From positions 478 through 64,477 of the forward strand of contig JAWRIR010000142.1 of the NCBI GenBank assembly GCA_040268405.1: a stretch of DNA of 64,000 nt, in the 5' to 3' direction. The DNA is from Thermoproteota archaeon. GTDB lineage: Archaea > Thermoproteota > Bathyarchaeia > Bathyarchaeales > Bathycorpusculaceae. The stretch's first letter is position 1. Each line of letters begins with the position of its first letter. Of this stretch, positions 1 through 10,220 are shown one piece after another. A program made the position numbers and the translations under genes. Below the pieces are notes generated by a model that saw only the letters and a list, made by a program, of their open reading frames with translations, had not been told where the DNA came from and did no database searches.

Positions 1-329
1 ATTTGGTTGCATTCTTGGTTGCATAGGCGTTGGCGTGTTTGGGTTTGTGTTCCATCGCAGGTTCCTGCTCCGTTACAGATGTTGTCGCCGTCACATGCTT
101 GTAGGCGTTGTCGGGTTTGTGTGCAGGTTTGGTTTTGCTGGCAGTCAGTGCATTGTGTTCCGTCTTGTGTGCATGAACCGTCGCAGTCTCTTATTTGTTG
201 TTGAGTTTGGTCTTGTGTTTGAAGGATGTCACCGTTTAGGCTTTGTGCTAAAGGTGAAGCTGCAACTAATGGGACAAGAACAACCAGCCCCAGTATCATG
301 CTAACCACGAGGATTGCTTTCTTGTTCAT
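1..329 (-). CDS. Secreted Cys/Gln/Thr-rich low-complexity protein (3' end runs off the window; absent from the ORF track)
   Basis: Manual translation from ATG at 329: MNKKAILVVSMILGLVVLVPLVAASPLAQSLNGDILQTQDQTQQQIRDCDGSCTQDGTQCTDCQQNQTCTQTRQRLQACDGDNICNGAGTCDG...; signal peptide; SD GGAGGTGA at 344-337. Confidence 0.85.
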   Translation of the reverse strand, partial: MNKKAILVVSMILGLVVLVPLVAASPLAQSLNGDILQTQDQTQQQIRDCDGSCTQDGTQCTDCQQNQTCTQTRQRLQACDGDNICNGAGTCDGTQTQTRQRLCNQECNQ

Positions 330-397
330 TCTTTTTTCACCTCCAACTTTTTTCTGCTGAAAAAATACTATGTCGGCTGGTTGGTTTAGGTGTTGGC

Positions 398-454
398 TGA
401 AACGAAACGTTTCAAAAAGTGAAACAGTCTCGAAACAGCTTATAAGTTGTTTCA
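398..454. promoter_or_regulatory. Divergent promoter with GAAAC/GTTTC inverted repeats
   Basis: TGAAACG-AAA-CGTTTCA at 398-414; TGAAACA at 420; near-perfect palindrome GAAACAGCTTATAAGTTGTTTC at 432-453 centred on TTATAA. Confidence 0.7.
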
Positions 455-479
455 AATGTATATTTTGGCAGAAAGAATC

Positions 480-1016
480 ATGCAGAAACCATTATTCGTT
501 CTCGTAATCGCCCTGCTATGTGTAAGTGTTGTAGGGTTACTTCTTTTTTCTTCGACATTTTTAGGTGATAGCACAAACGGTAGAGGTCACATGATGCAAG
601 ACTCCGGCGTTGTATTGGATAGTTCAAACGTTGGGTGGCTGCTTCTCTTTGTTGTGCCTTTGGTTGTCGCGTTAGGCGTGATAGTTTACATGGTTGCGTT
701 CCCCAAAATCAAACAAACCGCCGCCACAGTTGAAGCCCCCCAAAAAGCCACTCAGTTACCTCATAACAAGCAAACCTTAGACGCCGTCCTCAAAGTGCTA
801 AACGAGGATGAACGCAAAGTAGTTGAAACACTTGCTTCAACCAAAGAGGGTAGCATGCTGCAAAAGGAAATCCGTTGGAAAACAAACCTGTCCAGAGTGA
901 AAGTTCACCGAGTAGTCGCACGTCTTGCCGAGCGGGGTATAGTTTTGGTGGAAAAGCAAGATAACACAAACAAGGTTACTCTTGCCGAATGGATAACGAA
1001 GCCCTCGCCTACTTAA
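480..1016 (+). CDS. Membrane-anchored winged-helix regulator (COG2512-like)
   Basis: Two hydrophobic segments, then LNEDERKVVETL...GSMLQKEIRWKTNLSRVKVHRVVARLAERGIV wHTH; ATG 480 preferred over the ORF-track start at 447. Confidence 0.8.
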   Translation: MQKPLFVLVIALLCVSVVGLLLFSSTFLGDSTNGRGHMMQDSGVVLDSSNVGWLLLFVVPLVVALGVIVYMVAFPKIKQTAATVEAPQKATQLPHNKQTLDAVLKVLNEDERKVVETLASTKEGSMLQKEIRWKTNLSRVKVHRVVARLAERGIVLVEKQDNTNKVTLAEWITKPSPT

Positions 1017-1027
1017 TTCATGTTTTA

Positions 1028-1087
1028 CCAACCTATTAGGCTTCTATTAGTGGTTGTATGTTGAAACCTATAGGGGAGGGTATAATG
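1028..1087 (+). repeat. Dispersed intergenic element, copy A
   Basis: CCAACCTATTAGGCTTCTATTAG...TATGTTGAAACCTATAGGGGAGGGTATAATG aligns with copies at 12079, 19609 and 26483(-). Confidence 0.85.
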
Positions 1088-1265
1088 GTTTTTTTCAACC
1101 CAATAATTGTTGTAAAGTTTTAGTTGAATTCGTTGTTTTGTTGGTTTAGCCCTTTCTGCCTCAACATAACAGGTGCTTGTGGCGGTAAAAAGTTTATATT
1201 CTTGTCTGATTTTTGCATTATTCCGAGATAAAGAAACAAAGTTCTATTAAAGTAGGGATTAACAC

Positions 1266-2906
1266 ATGGCATATTTAACTACAACAGGCTCAGGACAACC
1301 AGTCCTTATCCTTAAAGAAGGAACAACCCGAAGCAGAGGAAAAGAAGCCCAAAGAAACAACATTATGGCGGCACGAGTAATCGGTGAAGTCCTAAAAACC
1401 ACGTTAGGACCAAGAGGCATGGACAAAATGCTAATCGACAGCCTCGGCGACATCACAATCACTAACGACGGCGCAACCATCCTAAAAGAAATCGACGTTG
1501 AACACCCAGCAGCAAAAATGATGGTTGAAATCGCAAAAACCCAAGACGACATGGTTGGCGACGGAACAACCAGCGCAGTTGTCCTTGCAAGCGAACTTTT
1601 AAAGAAAGCAGAAGAACTGCTCGAACAAAACATTCACCCAACAATCTTGGTAAGCGGCTACCGAAAAGCAGCCCAAAAAGCAATCGAATCAGTAGGCAAA
1701 ATCGCTGAAACACTCGATATCAACGACCGCAAGACTCTGCTAAAAGTAGCATTAACTTCTACAAGCAGCAAATCAGTCGGCAGCGCAAGAGACCACCTTG
1801 CAGAAATCTCCATTGACGCAGTTAAACAAATCGCTGAAGTACGCGGAGACAAAACAATCGCCGACATAGACAACATCCAAATCATCAAGAAAACAGGCAA
1901 AAGCCTTCTTGAAACACAACTAATCAAAGGCATCATCGTTGACAAAGAAGTAGTCAACCCAGGCATGCCAAAAATGAAAGAAAACGCAAAAATCGCCCTG
2001 CTTGACGTTGCACTCGAAATCGAAAAAACTGAAATCAGCGCAGAAATCAGAATCAAAGACCCAACTCAAATGAAAGCATTCCTTGACCAAGAAACAGACA
2101 TGCTAAAAGAAATGGCTGACAAAATCAAAGCAGTCGGCGCAGACGTCATCTTCTGCCAAAAAGGCATCGACGACATGGTACAACACTTCTTATCCAAAGA
2201 AGGCATCATGGCAGCACGCCGCGTAAAAGAATCAGACCTAGACAAACTTTCACGTGCAACAGGCGCAAGAATCAGCAGTGACCTTGACGACTTAAAGAAA
2301 GAAGACCTTGGTATGGCAGGCTTAGTTGAGGAACGCAAAATCGGCGACGACAAAATGATCTTCGTCGAAAAATGCAAAGACCCACACAGCGTAGCCATCT
2401 TGCTCCGTGCAGGCCTTGAACGCATGGTTGACGAAGCTGAACGTGCAATGATTGATTCACTTTCAGTCGTTTCAGACGTTGTAGAAAACAACAAAATCGT
2501 CCCAGGCGGCGGCGCAGTAGAAATCGAAATTGCAAAAGAACTCCGCAAATACGCAACCAAAGTCGGCGGACGCGAACAACTCGCAGTTGAAGCATTTGCA
2601 GATGCAATCGAAGTCATCCCAAGAACCCTCGCAGAAAATGCAGGTCTTGAACCAATCGACATCCTTGTCCAACTCCGTTCAGCACACGATTCTGCAGACA
2701 GCAAAAACAAAGGAATCAACATTTACGAAGGCAAACTACAAGACAGCATCAAAGAAGGCGTTATCGAACCAATCATGGTTAAAGAGCAAGCAATCAAATC
2801 AGCAGCTGAATCAGCAGCAATGATCTTGCGCATTGACGACGTCATTACCGCCAAAGCACCAAAAGGCGGCGCTCCGGGCGGAATGCCTGGAATGGGCGAA
2901 GAATAA
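1266..2906 (+). CDS. ths: Thermosome subunit (group II chaperonin)
   Basis: [31 protein letters not shown] motifs; GGMPGM tail. Confidence 0.98.
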   Translation: MAYLTTTGSGQPVLILKEGTTRSRGKEAQRNNIMAARVIGEVLKTTLGPRGMDKMLIDSLGDITITNDGATILKEIDVEHPAAKMMVEIAKTQDDMVGDGTTSAVVLASELLKKAEELLEQNIHPTILVSGYRKAAQKAIESVGKIAETLDINDRKTLLKVALTSTSSKSVGSARDHLAEISIDAVKQIAEVRGDKTIADIDNIQIIKKTGKSLLETQLIKGIIVDKEVVNPGMPKMKENAKIALLDVALEIEKTEISAEIRIKDPTQMKAFLDQETDMLKEMADKIKAVGADVIFCQKGIDDMVQHFLSKEGIMAARRVKESDLDKLSRATGARISSDLDDLKKEDLGMAGLVEERKIGDDKMIFVEKCKDPHSVAILLRAGLERMVDEAERAMIDSLSVVSDVVENNKIVPGGGAVEIEIAKELRKYATKVGGREQLAVEAFADAIEVIPRTLAENAGLEPIDILVQLRSAHDSADSKNKGINIYEGKLQDSIKEGVIEPIMVKEQAIKSAAESAAMILRIDDVITAKAPKGGAPGGMPGMGEE

Positions 2907-2923
2907 ACTTCCCCACCCTTAAC

Positions 2924-2995
2924 TTTTTAATTTTTATTTTTAGTTTAAACTGATTTTTTTTCCGCTTTTGTTTTTAGTGTTGCTGTTTCTTTTTA
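2924..2995 (+). terminator. Oligo-T tract, archaeal-type terminator
   Basis: Dense T runs directly after the ths stop codon. Confidence 0.5.
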
Positions 2996-3068
2996 CAAGT
3001 TTCTGCTTCTACTTTACGAAAACGTATTTATGTTTAAAGGCTTACCATTCTGCGTTAAATGCAAATGC

Positions 3069-3146
3069 GCTCTGGTAGTATAGTCCGGCCAAGTATAGCG
3101 GCCTCTCGAGTCGCGGACCCGGGTCCGAATCCCGGCCAGAGCACCA
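3069..3146 (+). tRNA. tRNA-Glu (anticodon CTC), CCA encoded
   Basis: Acceptor GCTCTGG/CCAGAGC; anticodon stem GCGGC/GTCGC with loop CT-CTC-GA; T stem CCGGG/CCCGG; ends ACCA; no intron. Confidence 0.95.
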
Positions 3147-3223
3147 AACACTCCTGTTTTGTATGCATTTTAGATTTATACTTGTTAACCCATTTTTGTT
3201 TCTGAAGTAGGCGCTAAAAGTTG

Positions 3224-4138
3224 ATGACCTTCAAGAAACAGCAAACCGTTGCTTGCATATCAGGAGTCAATGTGGGTGGGCAACCAGGTGAAAACCCAAC
3301 CTGCATCATACCCAGCATCTTCTACGATGGCCACAAAATCGTCAGTGACCCAATCAAAGGCGAATTTGACAAGCAGCAAGCAGAAAAGCTACTCAAAAAT
3401 GCTGAAGAATTGTCAGAGAAAACCGGTAACCCATTCTTCGTTGACGTTATGGGAACAACCCCAGAAGCCCTAATCAGATACGTGGACTTTGTCACGGAAA
3501 CTACTTCGGTTCCTTTTCTGGTGGACAGTGTTTCAAGGGAAGCTAAACTCCAAACTGTTAAGCACATTGAAAAAGTTGGGTTAATCGACAAAGTAATCTA
3601 CAATTCCCTTAGCTTTCTATCTGCGCCTCAAGAGTATCAGGTGTTAAAGGAGTTAGGCGTTAAATCTGCGGTAGTGCTGGCTTATGACCCCAAGCAGCCT
3701 CAAGGGGGCAGAGACGTAATCTTGTCAGGGAACAGTAAACAGCCGGGTTTGCTGAATATCGCTCAACAGGCAGCAATAACAAACGTGCTTGTGGACACAG
3801 CGGTGATGAATCTTACAAGCATCGGCGATGCAAGCAAGGCTATCTATTCAATTAAAGAAAAGTTTGGGTTGCCGGCAGGGTGCGCGCCTTCTAATGCCAT
3901 TTCATTATGGAAAAAACTTCAAGAAGGCAAATTTGGACCCGACGCCCTGAAAGTCTGTTTGGGCGCTTCAATGCTTTTCACGCAGACGATGGCTGCAGAC
4001 TTTGTGATTGCAGGTCGAATAGATTACGTTGACGCTGTGTTTCCAGCTTGTGCGATGGCGGATACAATAATTGCTGCTGAAGCCCAGAAACTTGGGGTAA
4101 AAATCTCTGTAAATCATCCATTTTACAGAATAATGTAG
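3224..4138 (+). CDS. mtrH: Tetrahydromethanopterin S-methyltransferase subunit H-like methyltransferase
   Basis: GGQPGENPT..SIFYDGHKIV, FLVDS, VLVDTAV, GCAPSNA motifs typical of MtrH. Confidence 0.88.
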   Translation: MTFKKQQTVACISGVNVGGQPGENPTCIIPSIFYDGHKIVSDPIKGEFDKQQAEKLLKNAEELSEKTGNPFFVDVMGTTPEALIRYVDFVTETTSVPFLVDSVSREAKLQTVKHIEKVGLIDKVIYNSLSFLSAPQEYQVLKELGVKSAVVLAYDPKQPQGGRDVILSGNSKQPGLLNIAQQAAITNVLVDTAVMNLTSIGDASKAIYSIKEKFGLPAGCAPSNAISLWKKLQEGKFGPDALKVCLGASMLFTQTMAADFVIAGRIDYVDAVFPACAMADTIIAAEAQKLGVKISVNHPFYRIM

Positions 4139-4312
4139 CTCCTATGCTGACAAAATTGGGTAAGCCCTTCATTTTTTGAGTTAATTTTTAGTCTACGTTC
4201 TACATTAGTTTAATTTGGTCATTTAACGCTCGGCAAACTTTCTTTTCTTAAAAGAAACTAATTTAAGGCTGATGTAGCCGTATGCATTGAAACAAAGTGT
4301 GTGAAAAGACAA

Positions 4313-7300
4313 GTGGCTAAAAAAGGAGGCTACCAATTTAAGCAAACAAAACTTCGCCGTTCCGGCAAGCCCAGAAGAAGACAGCACGGTAGCGCAGCCT
4401 CCGTTAACCACTGACGAAATACTTGGCAAACCAGTTGAAGAATTATTCACCCGTTTAGACTCGTCAAATAATGGTTTAAGCTCTGAGGAAGCAGAAAGCC
4501 GCCTTGAAGTTTACGGCCTAAACGAACTTGCCAAAAAACACAAACGGTCAATAATTTTCGAGTTCTTGCTACATTTCAAAAGCCCTCTTGTAATCATTTT
4601 AATGATTGCAGGATTAATCTCAGGCATACTTGGCGAACTGCCTAACATGGTTATTATTTTCTCAATAGTTTTCCTTAGTGTCATTTTAGATTTCTATCAG
4701 GAGAACAAGGCTGAAAACGCTGCTGAGATGCTTAAAGAAGCTGTAACCACAACCGCCACCGTAGTTCGTGACGGCGCAAAACAGGAAGTCAAACTTCACG
4801 ACGTTGTACCCGGTGACGTTGTTTACCTTTCAGCCGGCGATGTAACACCTGCGGACGCCCGTGTAATCTCCGCTAAAGACCTTTTCATTAACCAATCTGC
4901 ATTAACAGGCGAATCCTTCCCTGTAGAGAAAACTCCTGCAGTCGTGAAAGTTAAAGACCCCTCCATTACAGAATGGACAAATTACCTTTTCATGGGAACA
5001 TCCATTGTCAGCGGCACCGCAACCGCATTAGTTGTAAAAACCGGCAGTCTAACCGAATACGGCAAAATCGCCAAAAAACTCGTCGAGAAAGCGCCTGACA
5101 CCGAATTTGAAAAGGGAATTAAGAATTTCGGTTTCTTCATAATGCAGATAACCATACTGCTTGTGCTCTTTGTTTTCATGGTTAACGCGTTACTTTACCC
5201 AGACACTGAAGGCATCCTAACGGCACTGCTTTTTGCAGTTGCAATTGCAGTCGGTTTAACTCCTGAACTATTGCCCATGATAATTACTGTTAACATGTCT
5301 CGTGGAGCAATTGCGATGTCAAGGAAAGGCGTCATCGTCAAACGGTTAGCGTCTATTGAAAACTTTGGCAGCATGAACGTGCTTTGTACAGATAAAACCG
5401 GCACGTTAACAGAAAACAAGATTACCCTAGTCTTGCATGTTGACCCCGAGGGAAACGACGATGACAAAGTGCTCCAGTATAGTTACCTTAATAGTTTCTA
5501 CCAAACCGGCCTAAAAAGTCCCATGGATGAAGCAATACTTGTCCACGAAAAAATTGACATTTCAGGTTACCAAAAAATTGACGAAGTTCCCTTCGATTTT
5601 GTACGCAGACGCGTAAGCGTTGTTGTGGAAAGTGACCGCCAAAGATACTTCATAGCAAAAGGCGCCCCAGAAGAAATCCTTAAAGTTTCAAGCTTCTGCG
5701 AAATAGGCGGCTTACCAGTAGACTTAACTGACGAATTAAAAGAAAAGGCAGAACAGAAATATTACGATTTAAGCTCTGAAGGCTTCCGCGTTTTAGGTGT
5801 AGCTTACAAGAAACTCAAAGAAGAAAAGAACGTTTACTCCATCAACGATGAACGCGACATGGTTTTCATGGGTTTCGTAGCGTTCCTTGACCCTCCAAAA
5901 GAAACCGCAAAAGAATCCATCAGACTACTAACCAACGCTGGCATTGAACTAAAAATCTTGACTGGCGATAACGAGCAAGTTGCACGCAAAACCTGTGAGT
6001 CGCTTGGGTTTGAAGTTAAAGGAGTCGCGTTAGGCAACGAAATAAGCCTAATGTCTGATGAAGCCTTAGCCCGCATCGTGGAAGAAGACAACGTTTTTGC
6101 TCGCGTAACTCCTGTCCAAAAAGACCGCATCATTACTTTGCTAAAAGGTAACGGTCACGTGGTTGGCTTTATGGGTGACGGCATTAACGATGCGCCTTCA
6201 CTGAAAACTTGCGATGTAGGCATATCTGTTAACAATGCAGTGGACGTTGCAAAAGAATCTGCTGATATTATCCTGCTTAAAAACGATTTAACAGTGCTTG
6301 CTAAAGGCGTTCTGGAGGGCAGAAAGACATTTGGCAACACCATGAAGTACGTTATGATGAGTGTAAGCAGCAATTTTGGCAACATGTTCAGCGTTGTAGG
6401 CGCCTCATTAATTTTGCCGCTTCTAGGGTTTGCCTTCTTGCCAATGCTTCCCATTCAGATTCTTCTAAACAACCTACTTTACGACGTTTCTCAGTCAGCT
6501 ATAACAACAGACCATGTTGACTCCGAATACGTGGAGAAACCCAAACGTTGGGACATTGGTTACATCAGAAGCTTCATGATTTCACTTGGCCCTGTTAGTT
6601 CACTATTTGACTTCTTAACCTTCTTTATTCTGCTGTACTTCTTCCTGCCATTTGTTGCGCCCGAACAGCAGCAACCACTGTTCCAAACCGCCTGGTTCTT
6701 GGAATCTCTGATTACGCAAACGTTCATCATATTTGCAATTCGAACACGTAAGTCACCGTTCTGGAAGAGCAAACCAGGCAAATACTTGGTCATTAGCAGT
6801 ATTGCAATTATTGCGGTGGCTGTGATTATTCCCTTCACCGCTTTTGGCGAAACTTACTTCAAATTTACCTCGCCACCTCTAGAATTCTTTGCAGTCCTTG
6901 TAGGTCTAGTACTTGCCTACTTGGGGCTTGCTGAAGGCGTTAAACGTTGGTTCTACAAGCGTAACTCTTACCGTGTTGAACAAGCCTTGGTGCCCAAGAA
7001 ACGCGGCTTATACCTAAGCAGACGAGCCCGACTTGTCCAAGACGTAATTGCAGTTATATGCCTGCGAGTTGAAGACGAAATCTCAATTGACTCCCTAATC
7101 GAAGACTTAACCAGAAGCCTCAACTACCCAATCAACCCCGACGAAGTAGCACAAAACCTGCACCACCTGCGCCGCACAGGCTTAATCAGCATCGACTGGC
7201 ACAAACGCACAATCGAACGCCAAAGCACAATACAAGAATACGTTACACACTACGTGGAAACTCAGGCAATCTGGCCAATGGTATACGAAGACTGGGTACG

Positions 7301-7376
7301 AATCAACAAGGCAATCCTTGACCACTACGGCGAAGTCAACGAAGAATACTCCGAGTTACTAACACAACAAAGATAA
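4313..7376 (+). CDS. mgtA: Mg2+-translocating P-type ATPase with a C-terminal extension; the 5' end needs a +1 shift or a non-canonical start
   Basis: TGES, PELLP, DKTGTLT, KGAPEE, TGD, GDGINDAP motifs; frame open from 4305 and includes GLSSEEAESRLEVYGLNEL upstream of the ORF-track TTG at 4566. Confidence 0.9.
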
Positions 7377-7404
7377 AAAAACAAAAATTGCCTAAAAAAG
7401 GCGG

Positions 7405-8508
7405 TTATTGAGCTACGCCCATAGTGTTGCCGACGCCGACAATCACGACAGTGTCCGCTTCATTTGTCCGTTCCAAAATGACTCTTCTAACGGTGATTGC
7501 AACATCGTCTGCAGCTTTCTCAATCGCAGGAGTCATCGGAGCCAAAGCTTCCTTAACTGTCTGTTTCACGACTACAGCGTAAACTGGGACTTTGTATTTA
7601 GCGGCTGCTTCTTCAATCTTGAATTGTTCCAGTCCTGGGCCACCGATTGCTGGGCCAACACCTTCAGATACGCTGCCTGATTCTTCACCTTCTAATTTGA
7701 GGGCTGCATCAACCATGATTACAAGGGCTATTTTGCCTTGATGCATCTCCATCAATTTGGTCAGGCCATCTCCGGTTTTGCCGACTGTTCCACCTGGACC
7801 TTTAGCTTTCATGACTACGACTCGTCTGCCTTCAATGGATGTTTCTGCTCCAACAGTGTCTTGGGCTAAATCAAACTTTTCATGAGGTGCCATAAGTTTC
7901 TGTGCAGTTAGAGGGCCGATGCCGTCACCGATTGGTTTTCCAGTCTTAAATGCCTCAATGAAAGAGCTGTAAGCTTCTGCTTCTTCTAGAATGTTTGGAA
8001 GCTGCATTTCTATTTCAACCATCGAAAACTGTGAAGCACCTTTTTTGCCCATGATGTAGTATTGGCGGACGACTTTGTACATTTTATGAAGTTCTTGAGT
8101 AACTTCAACCATGTTCTGCAGATTTTGTAGTTGTTGTTCGTTGGCTTGAGGTGCGATTGCTTTGATTTCGTCTTTAACCCTTTGGTCAGTGTTATCTAGT
8201 ACATGTTCGAACCGGTGGGTTACGCCTTTGGGATCCATGGTTGATGGTTTAATTGTGAAGAACTGCATGAGTTTGTCTACTCTTGCGGTTGTGGTTTTTT
8301 CGTTCGCGGCATCTTTGGGTAATGCGGAGATTAGTTCCTGTTTGGCTTTGTCTCGCATGCCGCTTATTTTGGTTAAGGCTTTTGAAAGACTGCGTGTTGT
8401 TTGGAATGTTCGGATTCTTGTTGAAAAGAAGAATGAAAAAATGAAGAAGGCGATGTAGCCAACATACATTACAGTGTTTAGGATGTCCGTGGGTGATGAC
8501 AGTGACAT
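7405..8508 (-). CDS. DUF1512-like membrane-anchored protein
   Basis: N-terminal TM; IGDGIGP, AKGPGGTVG, VDAALKLEGE, GVGPAIGGPG, VGVGNTMGVAQ motifs. Confidence 0.75.
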   Translation of the reverse strand: MSLSSPTDILNTVMYVGYIAFFIFSFFFSTRIRTFQTTRSLSKALTKISGMRDKAKQELISALPKDAANEKTTTARVDKLMQFFTIKPSTMDPKGVTHRFEHVLDNTDQRVKDEIKAIAPQANEQQLQNLQNMVEVTQELHKMYKVVRQYYIMGKKGASQFSMVEIEMQLPNILEEAEAYSSFIEAFKTGKPIGDGIGPLTAQKLMAPHEKFDLAQDTVGAETSIEGRRVVVMKAKGPGGTVGKTGDGLTKLMEMHQGKIALVIMVDAALKLEGEESGSVSEGVGPAIGGPGLEQFKIEEAAAKYKVPVYAVVVKQTVKEALAPMTPAIEKAADDVAITVRRVILERTNEADTVVIVGVGNTMGVAQ

Positions 8509-9090
8509 TTAGTTTTCTCCGTGTATTTTTTTGTTCTCTTCTTTCTTTTCCATTTGGGATAGTTGCTTATTAATTTGCGCTAAATCTTCCTGTAATCTTT
8601 TAATTGCATCTTCAATATGGCTGCGTTTGTTTTCAAGCACCTTGATTGTGTCTTCAGGTTTACACCTGCCTTCCTCAAGAAACAAAGCAAAAGGTGTCTT
8701 AGGAAGTTGTGCCTTATTGACTTCAACGTCCAGCACATCTTTCATGTACTCTTTCATTAATTCAACCATCGTGGAAACTAAACGGTTTTCTTTAGCTAAC
8801 GTGTGCTCGAGAACTTTTTTGCCTTCTGGCGTGATGATGTAAATTTTTCTTTTTCTTTTTGTTCCGCAGTCCCATTCTCCCTTGATGTACCCAGAAGTTT
8901 CTAGGTCCTGCAGAATTGGGTAGATTCCGCCTGCTGTTGGCTTCCAAAAGCCGCTTGTTCTTTCATCTACGGCTTTCATCATTTCGTAGCCGTGATGCGG
9001 TTTTTTGTTTAACAGTATTAGCACGGCGATTCTGATGTAGCCTTTTTGTGTTTCTTTTAGCCAACCAGTGGCTTTTTCTTCTGCATGCAT
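8509..9090 (-). CDS. PadR-family transcriptional regulator with C-terminal coiled coil
   Basis: LILLNKKPHHGYEMM...GGIYPILQDLE.SGYI...RKIYIITPEG; ATG 9090 preferred. Confidence 0.92.
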   Translation of the reverse strand: MHAEEKATGWLKETQKGYIRIAVLILLNKKPHHGYEMMKAVDERTSGFWKPTAGGIYPILQDLETSGYIKGEWDCGTKRKRKIYIITPEGKKVLEHTLAKENRLVSTMVELMKEYMKDVLDVEVNKAQLPKTPFALFLEEGRCKPEDTIKVLENKRSHIEDAIKRLQEDLAQINKQLSQMEKKEENKKIHGEN

Positions 9091-9148
9091 TTTCTCTTTC
9101 TCTAATATGTAGCTTGTATAGATACATTGCGGAATATTTATATTTTGA

Positions 9149-9162
9149 CGCAATATATTGCG
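9149..9162. promoter_or_regulatory. Candidate PadR operator
   Basis: Perfect palindrome CGCAATATATTGCG between divergent padR and ABC genes; related half-site ACATTGCGG near 9124. Confidence 0.55.
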
Positions 9163-9195
9163 GTGATTACTATTGAAAAAGGATGGTGTTAACCA

Positions 9196-10218
9196 TTGCA
9201 AAATGACAACAACATAATCGAGGTAAAGAATCTTACTAAAACATTCGGCAAATTCACCGCGGTTGACGGCATCTCTTTCGCTGTTAAAAAAGGCGAAATC
9301 TTCGGTCTACTGGGTCCTAACGGCGCAGGTAAAAGCACAACCTTACGTATGCTTTCCACACTGGCAAGACCAACAGCAGGCGTTGCAGCAATCGGCGGTT
9401 ACGACATAGCCAAAAATGACACTAAAGTTCGCAATCTAATCGGAATTGTATCTGAAAAAATGATTATTTATGAGCGGTTAACCGCAAAAGAGAATCTTTG
9501 GTTTTTTGGTTGTCTTTTTGGGATTCCAAAAGAAAAACTAAACAAACGAATTGATGAACTTTTAGAACTTGTTAACCTGACTCCATATAAGGATAAGCAA
9601 GTAGGCACATTCTCAACGGGCATGAGGCAAAGAATGAACGTTATTCGTGCCCTGCTTAACGAGCCACAAGTGCTATTCCTTGATGAACCCACTTTAGGTT
9701 TAGACCCTCAATCATCAGTTGAAATCCGCGAATTCATTAAAAAACTAAACAAAGAAAACGGAACCACCATAATCATCACTACTCACATGATGCTTGACGC
9801 AGACTTGCTCTGTGACCGTATTGCCATTGTTGACCACGGAAAAATCATTGCCCTAGATACATCCTCAAACCTCAAGAAAGCAACCGTAGGCGCAAACACA
9901 TTGATAATCAAACTTGAAATTGCCAACTTAACCCTTGACATGATAGAAAAAATCAAAACACTGCCATGCGTTGACGCGGTAACTCAAGAAGAACAAACAA
10001 AACTAAGAATAATTGTACACGGCGAAGACGCTTTCGACAACATACTCGACCAAGTACGTGAAATGAAAGGCAAAATCAGTTCAATGGAGAACCTGCAGCC
10101 TTCACTTGAAGACGTTTTCCTACACATGACTGGACGGCACGTTCGAGACAGCGTAGAAACTAAAGTAGTGACCCATTCTTCACATGGAATGCCAAGAGCT
10201 ACACAGAGGGGACGATAA
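9196..10218 (+). CDS. ABC-2 (DrrA-like) exporter ATP-binding subunit
   Basis: GPNGAGKST, FSTGMRQ, LFLDEPT; TTG start. Confidence 0.95.
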   Translation: MQNDNNIIEVKNLTKTFGKFTAVDGISFAVKKGEIFGLLGPNGAGKSTTLRMLSTLARPTAGVAAIGGYDIAKNDTKVRNLIGIVSEKMIIYERLTAKENLWFFGCLFGIPKEKLNKRIDELLELVNLTPYKDKQVGTFSTGMRQRMNVIRALLNEPQVLFLDEPTLGLDPQSSVEIREFIKKLNKENGTTIIITTHMMLDADLLCDRIAIVDHGKIIALDTSSNLKKATVGANTLIIKLEIANLTLDMIEKIKTLPCVDAVTQEEQTKLRIIVHGEDAFDNILDQVREMKGKISSMENLQPSLEDVFLHMTGRHVRDSVETKVVTHSSHGMPRATQRGR

Positions 10219-10220
10219 AC

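Noticed and set aside
7-304. ORF-track entries 7..204 and 35..304 (+)
   Set aside because: Antisense shadows of the real minus-strand gene starting at 329, which has an SD and a signal peptide.
1061-1081. GTTGAAAC motif resembling a CRISPR repeat end
   Set aside because: Copies are kilobases apart with no regular repeat-spacer array and no cas genes; treated as a dispersed element.
1259-2823. Several long alternative-frame and antisense ORFs over the thermosome (similar ones overlie smc, gltX, pyk, S8 and Cthe_2159)
   Set aside because: Explained by codon bias of the strong gene; no motifs or SD sites.
3128-3146. tRNA-Glu 3' end as an integration (att) site
   Set aside because: No duplicate of the tRNA 3' end and no integrase was seen in the window; the downstream genes are not mobile-type.
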